Of a stretch of 64,000 nt of DNA, positions 51,289-64,000 are shown piece by piece. Below the pieces are notes generated by a model. It did not search any database. It saw only the letters and a program-made list of their open reading frames with translations, and was not told where the DNA came from. Location: positions 24,492,001 to 24,556,000 of the forward strand of contig CM075989.1 of NCBI GenBank assembly GCA_038087875.1, in the 5' to 3' direction. The position numbers and the translations under genes are program-made. The DNA comes from Malacoraja senta. Lineage: Eukaryota. Each line of letters starts with the position of its first letter. Position 1 is the stretch's first letter.

Positions 51289-54200
51289 TATAACTAGCAT
51301 CTGATTCCACAAAACACTGTTGTCATATTTGGACTTACGGAAGCGTCATTGTCCCATGTATATTTACCATGGAGATGCTACAAATTCTGCACCAGAGCAA
51401 TTTAGAACGAATATTGACCAGGACCCATGTCATATTTTACACCTCCTGAGCCCAATCCTAGATGTGGAAAATATCAGGAGTTGGTTGGATTGGGAAATCA
51501 TTTCCAGCACTGCAGGAGGAATTAAAGCAACGAACCAATTTACAGACTGAAGAGGGGTCTTGACCCGAAACGTCACCCATTCCTTCTCTCCAGAGATGCT
51601 GCCTGTCCTGCTTTTTGTGTCTTTTTTCAGTTTAAACCAGTTCCTTCCTACACCTTTTTTTAAATCACCTTGTTATCAAGTTGAAATGGAACTTAGCGCC
51701 ACCAGTCCAATTGGGGCATGTATCGAACATTTGAGCAAAACAAACAGGCAACACAATGATGCAGTGGTAGATTTGCTGCCTTACAGCGCCAGAGACCCGG
51801 TTCCATCGTAACTACGACTGCTGTCTGTACGGATTTTGTACGTTATTTCTGTGACCTGCGTGGATTTTCTCCAGTGGCTCTGGTTTCCTCCCACATTCCA
51901 AAGACATTTAGGTTTGTAGGTTAATTGGCTTTGGTAAGTTGTAAAATTGTCCCTTTGTGTGTGTGTGTGTAGGTTAGGGTACGGGATGATCATTGGTCGG
52001 CATGGGCTCAGTGGACAAAGGGCCTGTATCTCTAAAGGAAAGTGTAAAGTAACAAAGAAGGAAAGATCTCTGTCCCATCCTGCCTTGCCAATGTATTTTT
52101 AATGCCTTGCATATCACAGTATATTCACCCCACCCAGTATCCAAAACCATTTGCTCTTCTGGGAAAAACGAAAAAGCTCGGTTGAAAATTCAGGAAAAAC
52201 CTGTGTAATTCATCTCTGATCCCCAGTGAAATTGAAACTAGGCATCATTCCAGCGCCGGTAATTCTATTCAGATGCTCACGGAATTACATCATTCAATCC
52301 TTTAAGAGCATTGCCTGAGAAATCTGGTCATTTTTTTCTTGTCATTGTACAGTCTCAGAATACTCCCAGGGGCGGCACAGTGATACAGCGGTAGAGTTGC
52401 TGCCTCACAGCCCCACAGACCCGGGTTCCATCCTGACGCCGGGTGCTGTCTGTACAGAGTTTGTACCTTCTCCCCATGACCGCGTGGGTTTTCTCCTTTA
52501 TCCCAAATTTGTTGGTTAATTGGTCTCTGTAAATTGCCCCTATTAGGTCGGGAGTAGGGAGTGCATGAGACCATGGGCATGGAACTAGTGACACAATGGT
52601 GTGAGGGTTACAACACAGGGATGTCGTACTAGTCAATACAGTTCTCTTCCAGAGATACTCCTTGAGTTCTCGCTCTACAGCCCTTCCTCGACGCTTGCAG
52701 TTTTCTTCACTATATAGTTATCTGATTCACTCTGATAAGCCAAAGTAAACCAGCCTCCACCATAAATTACTCCACCAAGTCTGAATCAGAGCATTCCAAA
52801 TCAAATCATCTATATCGTATAAATATAGTACAGTTTCCCATTCTGCCCAGACCCCTATCATTTTAAATAACTTATTACATCCCTGCTCAAGCTAATGAAA
52901 ACAATCCCAGACTCTCTAGACTCCCCTTGTAATGAGTCCCTCATCCCAGAGACCCTTCTTGCAATTATTTTCTGGACCCTCTCAGATCACTTCACATCCC
53001 ACCTATAATGGGGCAACCAGAACTGTACATATGACTCCATTTAAGGACAGACCAAAATGTTTTATAAAAAATAATCATTCCTGTCCATTTTTATATTCTA
53101 TCCCTCTATTAATTATGCTTACAATAGTTTATGTCATATTAATTGGTTTCTCAACCTGCCTCATCATTTTCAATCCATTTAATTTAAGTTTAGAGATACA
53201 GCATGGAAACTGGCCCTGTACACTACTTCTATCCTACACAATAGGGACAATTTACAGAAATCAATTAACCTCCAAACCTGTATGTCTTTGAAGATTGGGA
53301 GGAAACCGGAGCACCCAGAGAAAACCCACGCTGTCACCGGGAGAACGTGCAAACTCCATACAGACAGCACCCATAGTCAGGATCGAACCCGGGTCTCTGG
53401 TTTACACGCATATCCCAGGTCTTTCTGTTAGGGCAGCCCTTTCAGAACTCTATGCTTTATTCAATAAAAAAAATTCTACCAAATGCATCACCCGATTTAC
53501 ATGAATTATCATCAAAAAGGTACCTTGAAAAGCTTCTGCATTGCAAGACCTCCTTGTCAGGGCTAGATGCTTCATTAGTAGTGCTGAGACCTCTCCCCCC
53601 CAGCAACTCTACCGCTATCCAGCCTTGTGTAAGTTTATCTCTTGAAGTTGAAGGGTCAATGGGAACATGCCACACATTTTAGCAAAGGTTTTTTTCACCC
53701 GTAACTTGCTTGGTGTGGATTATTAGGATTCACATTTTAACTTGTACTTCCCCAGAGGTGCAGCTGTTGTGAGAATTGTTAAATGGTAGCTTTTTTCAGG
53801 TAAGCTTTGAAAATAGACAGGATTGTGAAACTGAAGGGTTTGCGGACACAGGTAGAACAGCCCATAGACAACAGAAGAAATGCTGGAGGAACTCAGTGGT
53901 TCAGGCAACATCTCTGGTGAAAAAGGATAGGTGACGTTTCCTTCTTCAGACTGATTGTGGTGGGGGGAATCAAATGACTTTGTGAAGGTTGTTGAACTTA
54001 TCGTGATGCTGTAAATTAGTGGCCACGCTAATAATTGAGCAATAGCCAGCCCTGTTGAAACTCACTGCTGGGCCGTCAGTGTGGGACTGGTTACATGGTT
54101 CATCAATAGAGTTGCATTAACACCTGGAGTTAGTTTTAACATCATCATCACCAACAATCGCTGTAGTTGTAAACAGATGAGTATTGGTTGAATCAGTATT

Positions 54201-54560
54201 TGCTAATGCTTTTAGATCAAATGCAAGCAAGGATAGCATATAAAGTTTTATACCTACACATTTTAGATCTAGCCCCAAGGGACCTCTTAGGCAGTTGCAT
54301 GTAATGGGCAATAATGCACTAAAGGTTTTTAAGATGTTTCCACGACCACACAAGAAATGTAGAATGAGGCTGGTGAGGAAATGCCGTTTCAGTAAGAATT
54401 CCGTAAGATGTGAATCTCCAGGATCAAAGTTTTGTGGATGGAGTCAGTTCCAACTGACACTATTTATTGAGGATCATCGTTTGTATTGTTGTGTTTGTCG
54501 GGTTACCTTCTAAGGCTGCAGCGTACTTAATGTTTGCATTTGTTTCCTTTGCTCATGCAG

Positions 54561-54708
54561 GTGAAATGCCACAGCTGGTGAGGGGGATGAAGCTACTTAA
54601 CCAAGCGGACCCATGTGTGGAGGTGCTAGTCCAGGAGACGGGAGAACACGTATTGATAACTGCTGGAGAAGTCCACCTCCAACGTTGCCTAGATGACCTC
54701 CGTGAAAG
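54561..54708 (+). CDS. EFL1: EFL1 internal coding exon ([50 protein letters not shown])
   Basis: Acceptor catgcag| and donor AG|gttaga. 148 nt. Carries the [19 protein letters not shown] signature. Confidence 0.98.
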
Positions 54709-57385
54709 GTTAGAGAGTAAACAGCAAAAACACAGCCCAGTGCCTTCAATACATTTCCTTTAGTGATTAGTAGCGGCCACTACAATGAACAAATTCTTCA
54801 GGATGTGGCTCTCAAACGTATCCCTGGGTATTTACTCATAAAATACATCCACGTGTGAATGTTTAACCTAACAACATTTTCTAATTAGAAGCATTTTAAG
54901 ATCTCTCCAGGCATTGACTGTGGTCCTGGTGGGAAGCACCAACTTAATGACAATCCAACAAGGCTAAATTAAACTTGATGTTGCTTTGTTTGACTTTAGA
55001 ACTTAGGTTCTCTTTCCAGCTGATTAAATCAGCAACAGACAATGGTGGTAAGTGAAGAAACATGTTTATAATGAGCCTTAGATTCTGGACAGGGGCCAGA
55101 CACCACATAGAGAAGCAAACCTCTTTATCACAACATATCTAGCCTTGTATGTAATGTGCTTAATATGTTATGGATGGCCACCAATACCATGTCGTACATG
55201 CCATACATATTATTACAGATCCAAAGTTTTTGGCATATAGCCAGAAATTATAAGTTTAAAGTCAGCTTCTGATCAACTCCAGTAACGACTTGTAGTTACA
55301 TATTTAGAGTAGAGATGATGAAAGCCGCTTCATAGTATGAACTGAACTCCATCCCAATAAAACACATTGACAAGAAACCAGGGGGTCCAGGGTATACATA
55401 TGAAAATAATTTCAATGGATAACCTGATTTTGTTTCTGATGGGATATTCAAGAATAGTATTCTATGACAAGTTGGTTCAAGGCTGGTAAGAGTGATTTGT
55501 TTTGGCAGAAGATGTTGATTTAGTGACAGCATGAGAATAGATTTCAGAGACTTTGAAAGTTAGATGCATTCCGGAATAGTCAGTCTCTTCACAACAAGGA
55601 GGGAACGTGAAGATATTTGAACTAAAAGTCGTGAGAGGTGTTGAACGATAGATGGGAGGTAAATCAATAAGGAGAAGGGACAGATACCAGGAGAAAGTTT
55701 AGTTTAGTTTATTATCACGTGTACCAAGGTACGGTGACAAGCTTTTTGATGCGTGCTATCCAGCCAGTGGAAAGACTATACATGATTACAATCGAGCCAA
55801 CCACAGTGTTCAGATACAGGATAAAGGGAGGAAGAGAGAGCAGGGTGAGATGAAAATAATGCTCCAGCTGATACGGGCAATGTGTTGTGATGGGGGCCAT
55901 GTACTTCAGCATGAGAAATTCTTACTGGTGACAGAAATAATGATCAACAACGATTGGCATTTTTACACTTTGATAAAACCCCAAGGACATTAATAGCCAC
56001 CTCTATAATGGACAGGGCAACACAAAAAGAACACTATAGTATGTTGTAGGCATTCATCAGATTGGGCCAGATCTTGCTAAGGTGTCCGTGAGCAATGGTT
56101 TAGCTTAGTTTAGAGATACAGCATGGAAACAGGTCCTTCGCTCCACCGAGTCCACGCAGACCATCGATCACCCGTACACTAGTTCTATGTTATCCCTGTT
56201 TAACATCCTACGCACTAGGAGCAATTTACAGAGGCCAATTAACCTACAAACCCGCACATCTTTGGAGTGTGGGAGGAAACCGGAGCACCTGGAGATAACC
56301 CACACGGTCAGCCGAGAGAACGTACAAATCCCGTACAGACAGCACCCTTAAGTCAGGATCAAACTGGGGTCTCTGGTGCTGTGAGGCAGCAACTCTACCG
56401 CTGTGCCACTGTGCCATAGCGTGTGAGCACAAAAATAAAATTTGCGGCTTCAATGAATGGAAGGCTCACATGCTGAGAAAATCAAACGTAGGCAACAAAA
56501 GGTAAATGTAACCTGTATAAACCTATTCACAATTGGGGACCTGTAGAAGTGAAATTGAAGTATTTAAACACCTTCTGGGTAAAAAGAATTGGATTTGCAA
56601 TTATTATGCCATTAAAAAGGCACTAAGACTGTTAATTACTCAACTTTCCATGGTTGGTTTAATGAACAATAGTGGTGCAAATCTTGCAGGTTCTTTAAAA
56701 GAACAGAAGGCTGTGCAAGGAAATTCAAATGATGCAGGATAAATGATGCAAGTTAAGGGAATTCACAACTAGCAGAATAACTCCCAAGCTGCTGGCTATC
56801 TTGATATAACATCATGCACGCTAATATGTCGCTACTCTCACTGCAGTGATATAAATAAAATATCTGAGCAAGCATTGCTGGTAGACACGGGGCCTGAGAT
56901 TCTGATTAGCACAGTGTTTATGCACTCTACTTGAAGGAATGTAATCATAATCCCATTGCATTAATTATTGCTAACTTTGTACTGTAAGATGAGCACATCC
57001 ACTGTACGAGTCTGAAGAAGGGTCTCGACCCGAAACATCACCCATTCCTCCTCTGCAGAGATGCTGCCTGTCTCTCTGAGTTACTCCAACGTTTTGTGTC
57101 TATCTTTGGTTTAAACCAGCATCTGCAGTTCCTTCCTACACATCCACTGTACGACTTGATATGTGCAGCAACCTCAAAAAGGCATAAGACATGTTTTCAA
57201 CCGGGGGCAAACATTCAGGTTGGCTCCATACGAGCAGTCCAGAACATGTACTTGCAGACGGTTCATACTATAGCAGCCATTTGAAATATACTGTAAGTGA
57301 AACCGACTGCTACGTGACTGAAAGAAGTCCTGCCTTATCTGGTCTTCAGCTTTGGAATTCCATGCATGGATCCTTAAGTTGGTGC

Positions 57386-58310
57386 CACCGCAGCTATTTA
57401 CAATATACATTCATGATTTAGATGAAGGGATTAAAAAGTATCATTAGCAAATTTGCAGATGACACAAAGCTGGATGGCAGTGTGAACTGTGAGGAGGATG
57501 CTATGAGGATTCAGGGTGACTTGGACAGGTTGGGTGAGTGGGCAGATGCATGGCAGATGCAGTTTAATGTGGATAAATGTGAGGTTATCCACTTTGGTGG
57601 CAAAAACAGGAAGGCAGATTATTATTTGAATGGTGTCAGGTTGTGAAAAGGGGAAGTACAACGAGATCTGGGGGTCCTTGTTCATCAGTCACTGAAAGTA
57701 AGCATGCAGGTACAGCAGTCAGTGAAGAAAGCTAATGGCATGTTGACCTTCATAACAAGAGGAGTTGAGTATAGGAGCAAAGAGGTCCTTCTGCAGTTGT
57801 GCAGGGCCCTGGTGAGACCACACCTGGAATATTGTGTGCAGTTCTGGTCTCCAAATTTGAAGAAGGACATTCTTGCTGTTGAGGAAGTGCAGCATAGGTT
57901 CACGAGGTTAATTCCCGGGATGGAGGGACTGTCATATGTTGATAGAAAGGAGTCACTGGGCTTGTATACAATGGAATTTAGAAAGATGAGAGAGGATCTT
58001 ATTGAAACATATAAGATTATTAAGGGATTGGACACGCTAGAGGCAGGAAACATGTTCCCAATTTTGGGGGAATCCAGAACCAGGGGCCACCGTTTAAGAA
58101 TAAGGGGTAGGCCATTTAGAACGGAGATGAGGAAAAACTATTTCACCCAGAGAGTTGTGAATCTGTGGAATTCTCTGTCTCAGAAGGCAGTGGAGGCCGT
58201 CTCTGGATGCTTTCAAGAGAGTAACGGGGCACTGATTGTGGATGATCAGCTATGATCACAGCGAATGGCCGTGCTGGCTCGAGGGGCCAAATGCACCTAT
58301 TGTCTATTAT
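57386..58310 (+). mobile_element. CR1-type LINE 3' fragment with part of the reverse transcriptase, decayed
   Basis: Motifs SKFADDTKL, WQMQFNVDKC and LVRPHLEYCVQFWSP, with an in-frame stop at ~57644. Confidence 0.92.
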
Positions 58311-61300
58311 CTTGCTGTTGCCCTGTCCACACTCTGCCCCAATTCCCTGAGCTTTTGACCTCGTATCCTCAGTCAAATACAATCGTCTGCAACCAATTTC
58401 AACTCTAACACCTCTCCTAGCTGAACATAAACACAAGCCTCGCTGCTAATTACAACACCACTTATGCCGTAACCCAAACAAAGCCTTAAGGTTCCAGTTT
58501 TTGTTGTACCCTTCCATAACGCAAGTGGCAACTATCCTTACTTTTCTCCAGCCCCTAACACAGGCCCCAGCTGCCAGCATCCTCTCTTCCCCCACTCACC
58601 CTCCTTCACCTACTCCACCTCCTCCATTATGATCTAACAACATTCTTCCACTAATTTCACATACCTTGGGAGCCATGTAGAATGGCCATTTTATTCTGAG
58701 TCCTTGGAAAGTGCTGGCTTATCTGATCAGTGTGTAAAAGCACTGAGACACAGGACAGATGTTACAAAATGCTGGAGTAACTCAGCAGGACAGGCTTCTG
58801 AAGAAGGGTCTCAACCAAAAACATCATCCACTCCTTCTATCCAGAGATGCTGCCTGTCCCGCTGAGTTACTTCAGCATTTTGTATCTAGGGTTTAAACCA
58901 GCATCTGCAGTTCCTTCCTACGCATTTTGAACGGCTCTGTTACGTGATTTTTAATTAATTATGAATGTTATTCGAACAGTTATGGATAACAACAAGGGAA
59001 GGATTTATCTCTGAAAGAGCAAAAACAAGTGTGGGTGAAGCAAAGCCACCAAGTTGTAAATTGTTCATATGCCACAACAGCCGTGTTATAACACTACAAA
59101 CAGCAGTGAAGTATTAATTAAACCAGTGCCCCTTGTCTTTCATTTGAAGTGCTTTGAGCTCCATCCAAACCTCAGAGCTCCTAATCCTACATATCCGCAG
59201 TGTTGCTCTCCATTTCAAGCTGTGCATGTGTTAGATTCTACAAATATGCCTTACAGACATGCCATTTTAATCCTTTCCCAAATCAGCTAGATCCTGGCGG
59301 TGTGGGGCGGAGCAAGGAGGAAGCTAGAGTTTAAACAAGGTGAACTAGCTGCCTGCTCATGATCCCGTGTCCTGCCTCTAGACTGTAATCACATCTTTCA
59401 GCTTTCTCCTTTCCTTGGTGAAAACATACATGCTTATTCTCACAATCCAATCTTTCCATCCCAAATCATTTTACTTGTTCCCTGCTGTAGCTTTTCAATG
59501 GATACAGTGTTATTCTTGTGGCTTTACAGATTATTTGCGAAATGGCTGTATAATCTCATGGCTTTGGCTCATCATTGAATGTTTAATACATCACAATAAT
59601 GGACATTCTTTATTCACTGCCACTGAATATTGTTGTGATGGCTTCTGTTTATCGTCAGTTAACTCTGCCATGTTCATTATCTTTCTGTTTATGTAATAAT
59701 CACACCCGTACTTTGGAAATTCACTACAACAAATTCCCTACATCCTTTTGTCAGCCAACTTTTAAGTATTTTAAAATATTCTAAAGCTCAACATTCAGCT
59801 CTGGATTCTATCCACTTCATTAGCATATGTGCTCGTGACTTCTAGCTATGATCATTTCAACTGCATTTAATAAAAAGTTTCAGAACAGACTCGTGTAATT
59901 CCACTGGTAACAAACACTGTGCCAAGCTGAGACAGAATTTTATGGGTTAACATAATGTGGATCCATTTCCACTTGATTCCCACCAGAAAATTGATTAGTT
60001 CAGGTGTTGGGGTTATGGGGAGAAAGCAGGAGAATGGGGTTGAGAGGGAAAAAATAGATCAGCCATGATTGAATGGTGGAGTAGACTCGATGGGCCGAAT
60101 GGCCTAATTCTGCTGCTAGAATTTATGAACAATTTAATTGTTTGAAACACATCATTTTTGGATGCAAGAAATTAACTTCAGCAGATTGCGCTCCTGATAC
60201 TTGGTGCCGCATCTGATGATGGCTGTCTTTCTTTCTCTCTGTCACTTTCCAACATATTAGTGATTACAGTAGAAACTTTCAGCCATTCAGAATAACTAGG
60301 ATTCAATTATTAATGTCAATAGTTATACTTGACAATAATCATATACTTCACAATAAAACATAATCATACTGTACAAGGATTTTGAGGATATTCAAAATAT
60401 GCTTGTTGTAATTGGTGAACCAGGTCTTCAGAATCGGGTATCTATTCCAACGCCCGCTATTGGAAGAAACACCTCTGTCTGAAGAAGGGTCTCGACCCGA
60501 AACGTCACCCATTCCTATTCTCCAGAGATGCTGCCTGACCCGCTGTTACTGCAGCACTCTGTGAAACATTACCTATCCATGTTCTCCACAGATGCTGCCT
60601 GACCCACTGAGTTACTCCAGCTTTTTGTGTCCCTCTATTGATATCCTTCTCAACCACACACTTAGCACTTTGCATCCTCTGTATCCTCACATACTGTTAA
60701 ATCTTGATTCGTAGGACCTAGACTCATTAACTCAATACAGTGACCCAACTTTTCTCACGCAGGTTCTCTTTCTTTCAAGATTTAACTGGGAAATAAATAA
60801 TCTCTGACTGATCTGTGTGTAGTTATTAATTAAAGTTTTACGGCTGGAGTGTTTTTCACTTAGGTTGATTTTCTTATGTGTGACTGCTGTGGCTTTTCAT
60901 TAGTTCCCTATTAAAACAAAACAAATCTGTACTATTAATAATTCACCCAGCTCAGCTTTTAAGAGAACGACTCTTTTTCTTCACATTGAAATGCTTCTAC
61001 TCTTATATATTCCATTGACTTGCATAATCTGTTTTCTACTTCTATCATTCTTTTTTCAGCCATCTTATCTCAACCTCCTACAGTAGAAACAAAGACCTGT
61101 AGATGCTTGTTAATACGCAAAAGGACACAGAGTGCTGGAGTTACTCAGCGGGTCAGGCAGCATCTGTGGAGAACATGGATAGGTGATGTGTTAAAGAAGG
61201 AACTGCAGATGCTGGAAAATCGAAGGTACACAAAAATGCTGGAGAAACTCAGCGGGTGCAGCAGCATCTATGGAGCGAAGAAGGGTTTCGGCCCGAAACG

Positions 61301-61910
61301 ATGCCTATTTCCTTCGCTCCATAGATGCTGCTGCACCCGCTGAGTTTCTCCAGCATTTTTGTGTACCATGGATAGGTGATGTCTGTCTGAGGAGAGAGAG
61401 CCTAAGAGTCTTCAGACAGAAGTCTGAAGAAGGGTCTCAACCTGAAACGTCACCTATCCAATTCTCCAGAGATGCTGCCTGACCCGCTGAGTTAGTACAG
61501 TACTCTGCGAAACGTCACTTATCCATGTTCTCCAGAGATGCTGCCTGACCCGCTGAGTTACTCCAGCACTCTGTGAAACGTCACCTATCCATGTTCTCCA
61601 CAGATGCTGCCTGACCCGCTGAGTTACTCCAGCACTGTGTCCTTTCAGCTTCTGATAGTATTGTATAGTGGAATTAAGTTGTGCATCTTTAAGAAATAGT
61701 GTGTGTTTTCTGTAAATCTTTGCTCATAATGTTTTCACTTTGATAAATTGATGTGATCATTTCCATCTTACAAAGGATTTTGGGATTGTATTTTTGTTTA
61801 AATGCTGGATATTTAGATCAATATTTAGCCCCCTGGGTCTCCTGGCAGCTCTGGACCTCCTGGTGGTGGTGAGAGGGATGCATCATGGACTGTCAGCAGT
61901 GTCGGCAGGC

Positions 61911-62410
61911 AGTTTAGTTTATTGTCACGTGTACCGAGGTACTGTGAAAAGTTTTTATTGCCTGCCATCCAGTAAGCGGAAAGACAGTACATTATTACAA
62001 TCAAGTCATTTACAGTACATGATAAGGGAATAACGTTTAGTGCAAGGTAAAGCAAGTAAAGTCTGATCAAGGATAGTTCGAGGGTCACCAATGAGGTAGA
62101 TTGTACTTCAGGACTGCTCTCTTGTGGTAGGATGATTCAGTTGCCTGATAACAGCTGGGAAGAAACTGTCCCTGAATTTGGAGGTGTGCATTTTCACACT
62201 TCTATATCTTTTACCTGATGGGAGAGGGAAGAAGAGGGAGTGGCCGGGGTGCGACTCGTCCTTGATTATGCTGCTGGCCTTGCCGAGGCAATGGAAGGGA
62301 GATTAGTTTGTGTGATGTTCTGGGCTGCGTCCACAATTCGCTGCAACTTCTTGCGGTCTTGGATGGAGCTGTTCACAAACCAAGCTGTGATACATCCTGA
62401 TAAAATGCTA
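61911..62410 (-). mobile_element. Rex1/Babar-like LINE 3' fragment; a related + strand piece lies at ~9870-10130
   Basis: Similar in sequence to 12028-12860. Ends ...cacgtgacaataaactaaact on the minus strand. Confidence 0.65.
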
Positions 62411-63132
62411 TGGTGTCTCTCTGGGCATGTGGGACGTTGTTGTAATCACAGCATCTCCCGCGGGGAGAGGCCAGTGGCACCCAGGTGAAAGGTCAGTCAT
62501 GATGATCTTATTGAATTGCAGCGCAAGCTCAAGGGTCTGTGTGTCCTCTGCCTCCTCCAGTATCTGATACTCTTGAATAGATCTTATGCTCAGGACCTTT
62601 CATCTTGTTAAACCAATATCTTATCTAAGCTCCACACACATTTATGAAACCAGTTTTGAGTAGCAACACATGGGAAGGATTAACATTAATTAAGTTACAA
62701 GCCATTTTTACATGAATGTACCATGTAAAGTGATGCTCATGTACACTAATAATCTTGGGTGTCATTCTCTAATTTCATGGATTACCCATCTTGAATGATG
62801 AATACTGCAATTCTATCACAGCACAAATAACATTAAAGTTGTTTCGCTGGCAGTTCTCAACCTGAACAAAGTTTAGTATGATTTGCACAATGTGGCCTCG
62901 ACACATTCATTTAGCTTGCTAGTAAAGATTCATATAGAGAAACACCCCAATCTCCAAACCCCTCGAGACACCAGTTGTGACCATTCTTCAAACATTGACA
63001 TCCTTCCCACCAGTCTTTATTCCATCTGCTACGTGAGCATGAATGCCTAATTTATAGTGAAGCTTATTGTGTGTTATCTTCACAAAAGTTATGATTGATA
63101 TTACATCTCCCCGTCGTCTTTTCTCGTTGTAG

Positions 63133-64000
63133 ATTTGCAAAGATTGAAATCAGTTCATCAGCGCCAATTGTTCCATTCAGAGAGACCATCATCCGACCAC
63201 CAAAGGTGGACATGGTGAATGAAGACATCGGCACTCAGCAAAAGGTGGCTGTCATTCACCAAAAGAAGGTAGACCAGAGTAAATATCCTGAAGGTTTTGG
63301 TGTGGATTCTGATGGACTTGTCACTTTGAATACTCCCAACAAGTTGGCGGCTATCAGCGTGAGGGCCTTACCACTTCCTGAAGTGGCAACTCAGTTACTT
63401 GAAGAAAATTGTGATCTGATTCGTGCAATGGAACAGTTCAACCTATCGGTCAAAGAAGGCAGAGAAGTTCAAGAAATGAACTCGACAACTCTTGAAGCGA
63501 TCAAGATGTTTAAGCAAAAGCTGGAGGAGAATTTAGTTGGCCGGAAATGGAGAAATGCAGTGAGCCAAATTTCATCATTTGGACCACGGCGTAATGGTCC
63601 CAACATTTTACTGAATGGGTTAAAAGACTATGAAAGGCCGTCGATGTGGCAGTGCCTTGACAAAAGCAGCAGGGATTTAGGAGCCTACAGGGACTTTGAC
63701 AACAGTATAGTCAGTGGGTTTCAATTGGCGGCTCTTTCAGGCCCTATCTGTGAAGAGCCTCTCATGGGCGTTTGTTTCATCTTAGAAAAATGGGACATGA
63801 GTTATAAAGTGCAGCAGTTTGTTCAAACTCACCATCATTCTCCCACCGAAGGACAGACATCTAAAACTGAAGTGTGTCAGGAGATAACCTCAAAAGAAAA
63901 TAGCCTATCTAACTTGAACCCCATGTTGGAAAGTTCAGAAGCTCAACATGGTCAGATTGAGAGCAACGAGACTCCGCCCAAGAGTTCAGAGGCTGGACAG
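63133..64000 (+). CDS. EFL1: EFL1 large coding exon, runs off the window ([31 protein letters not shown]...[10 protein letters not shown]...[31 protein letters not shown]...)
   Basis: Acceptor ttttctcgttgtag|. The frame is open to the window end and contains the domain IV motifs PFRETI, FGP...GPN and SGFQLA..SGP.CEEP. Confidence 0.98.

Noticed and set aside
50576..51310. Several GC-rich ORFs up to 186 aa
   Set aside because: They lie within a repeat element, have no recognisable domain, and are expected by chance at this GC content.

Overview
Vertebrate genomic DNA, most likely a cartilaginous fish (skate/ray-like repeat landscape; inference). The window holds the middle of one gene on the + strand, EFL1/EFTUD1 (eEF2-like ribosome-maturation GTPase). 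Six coding exons are visible: 2876-~3019, 5782-5953, 8438-8570, 49288-49419, 54561-54708 and 63133 to beyond 64000. A ~40.7 kb intron separates the third and fourth. The rest is intronic and repeat-dense: CR1, Rex1/Babar and Vingi/Ingi LINE fragments, V-SINEs, Penelope-like terminal repeats, Harbinger MITEs, a Helitron and satellites. The best observation is a ~136-bp TSD-flanked retroelement at 27031-27166 (- strand). Its first 54 nt fold into a complete minimal HDV/CPEB3-like self-cleaving ribozyme, and the predicted cleavage site coincides with the element's 5' end. A Vingi/Ingi-type LINE with a similar (GAA)n 3' end lies in the same intron. Also notable are a hammerhead-like core in the most abundant repeat, apparent 1-nt deletions in the first two EFL1 exons (probably assembly errors), a W-to-S change in the IWxFGP motif, and a five-layer nested transposon stack. 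All family assignments come from pattern recognition, not database searches.
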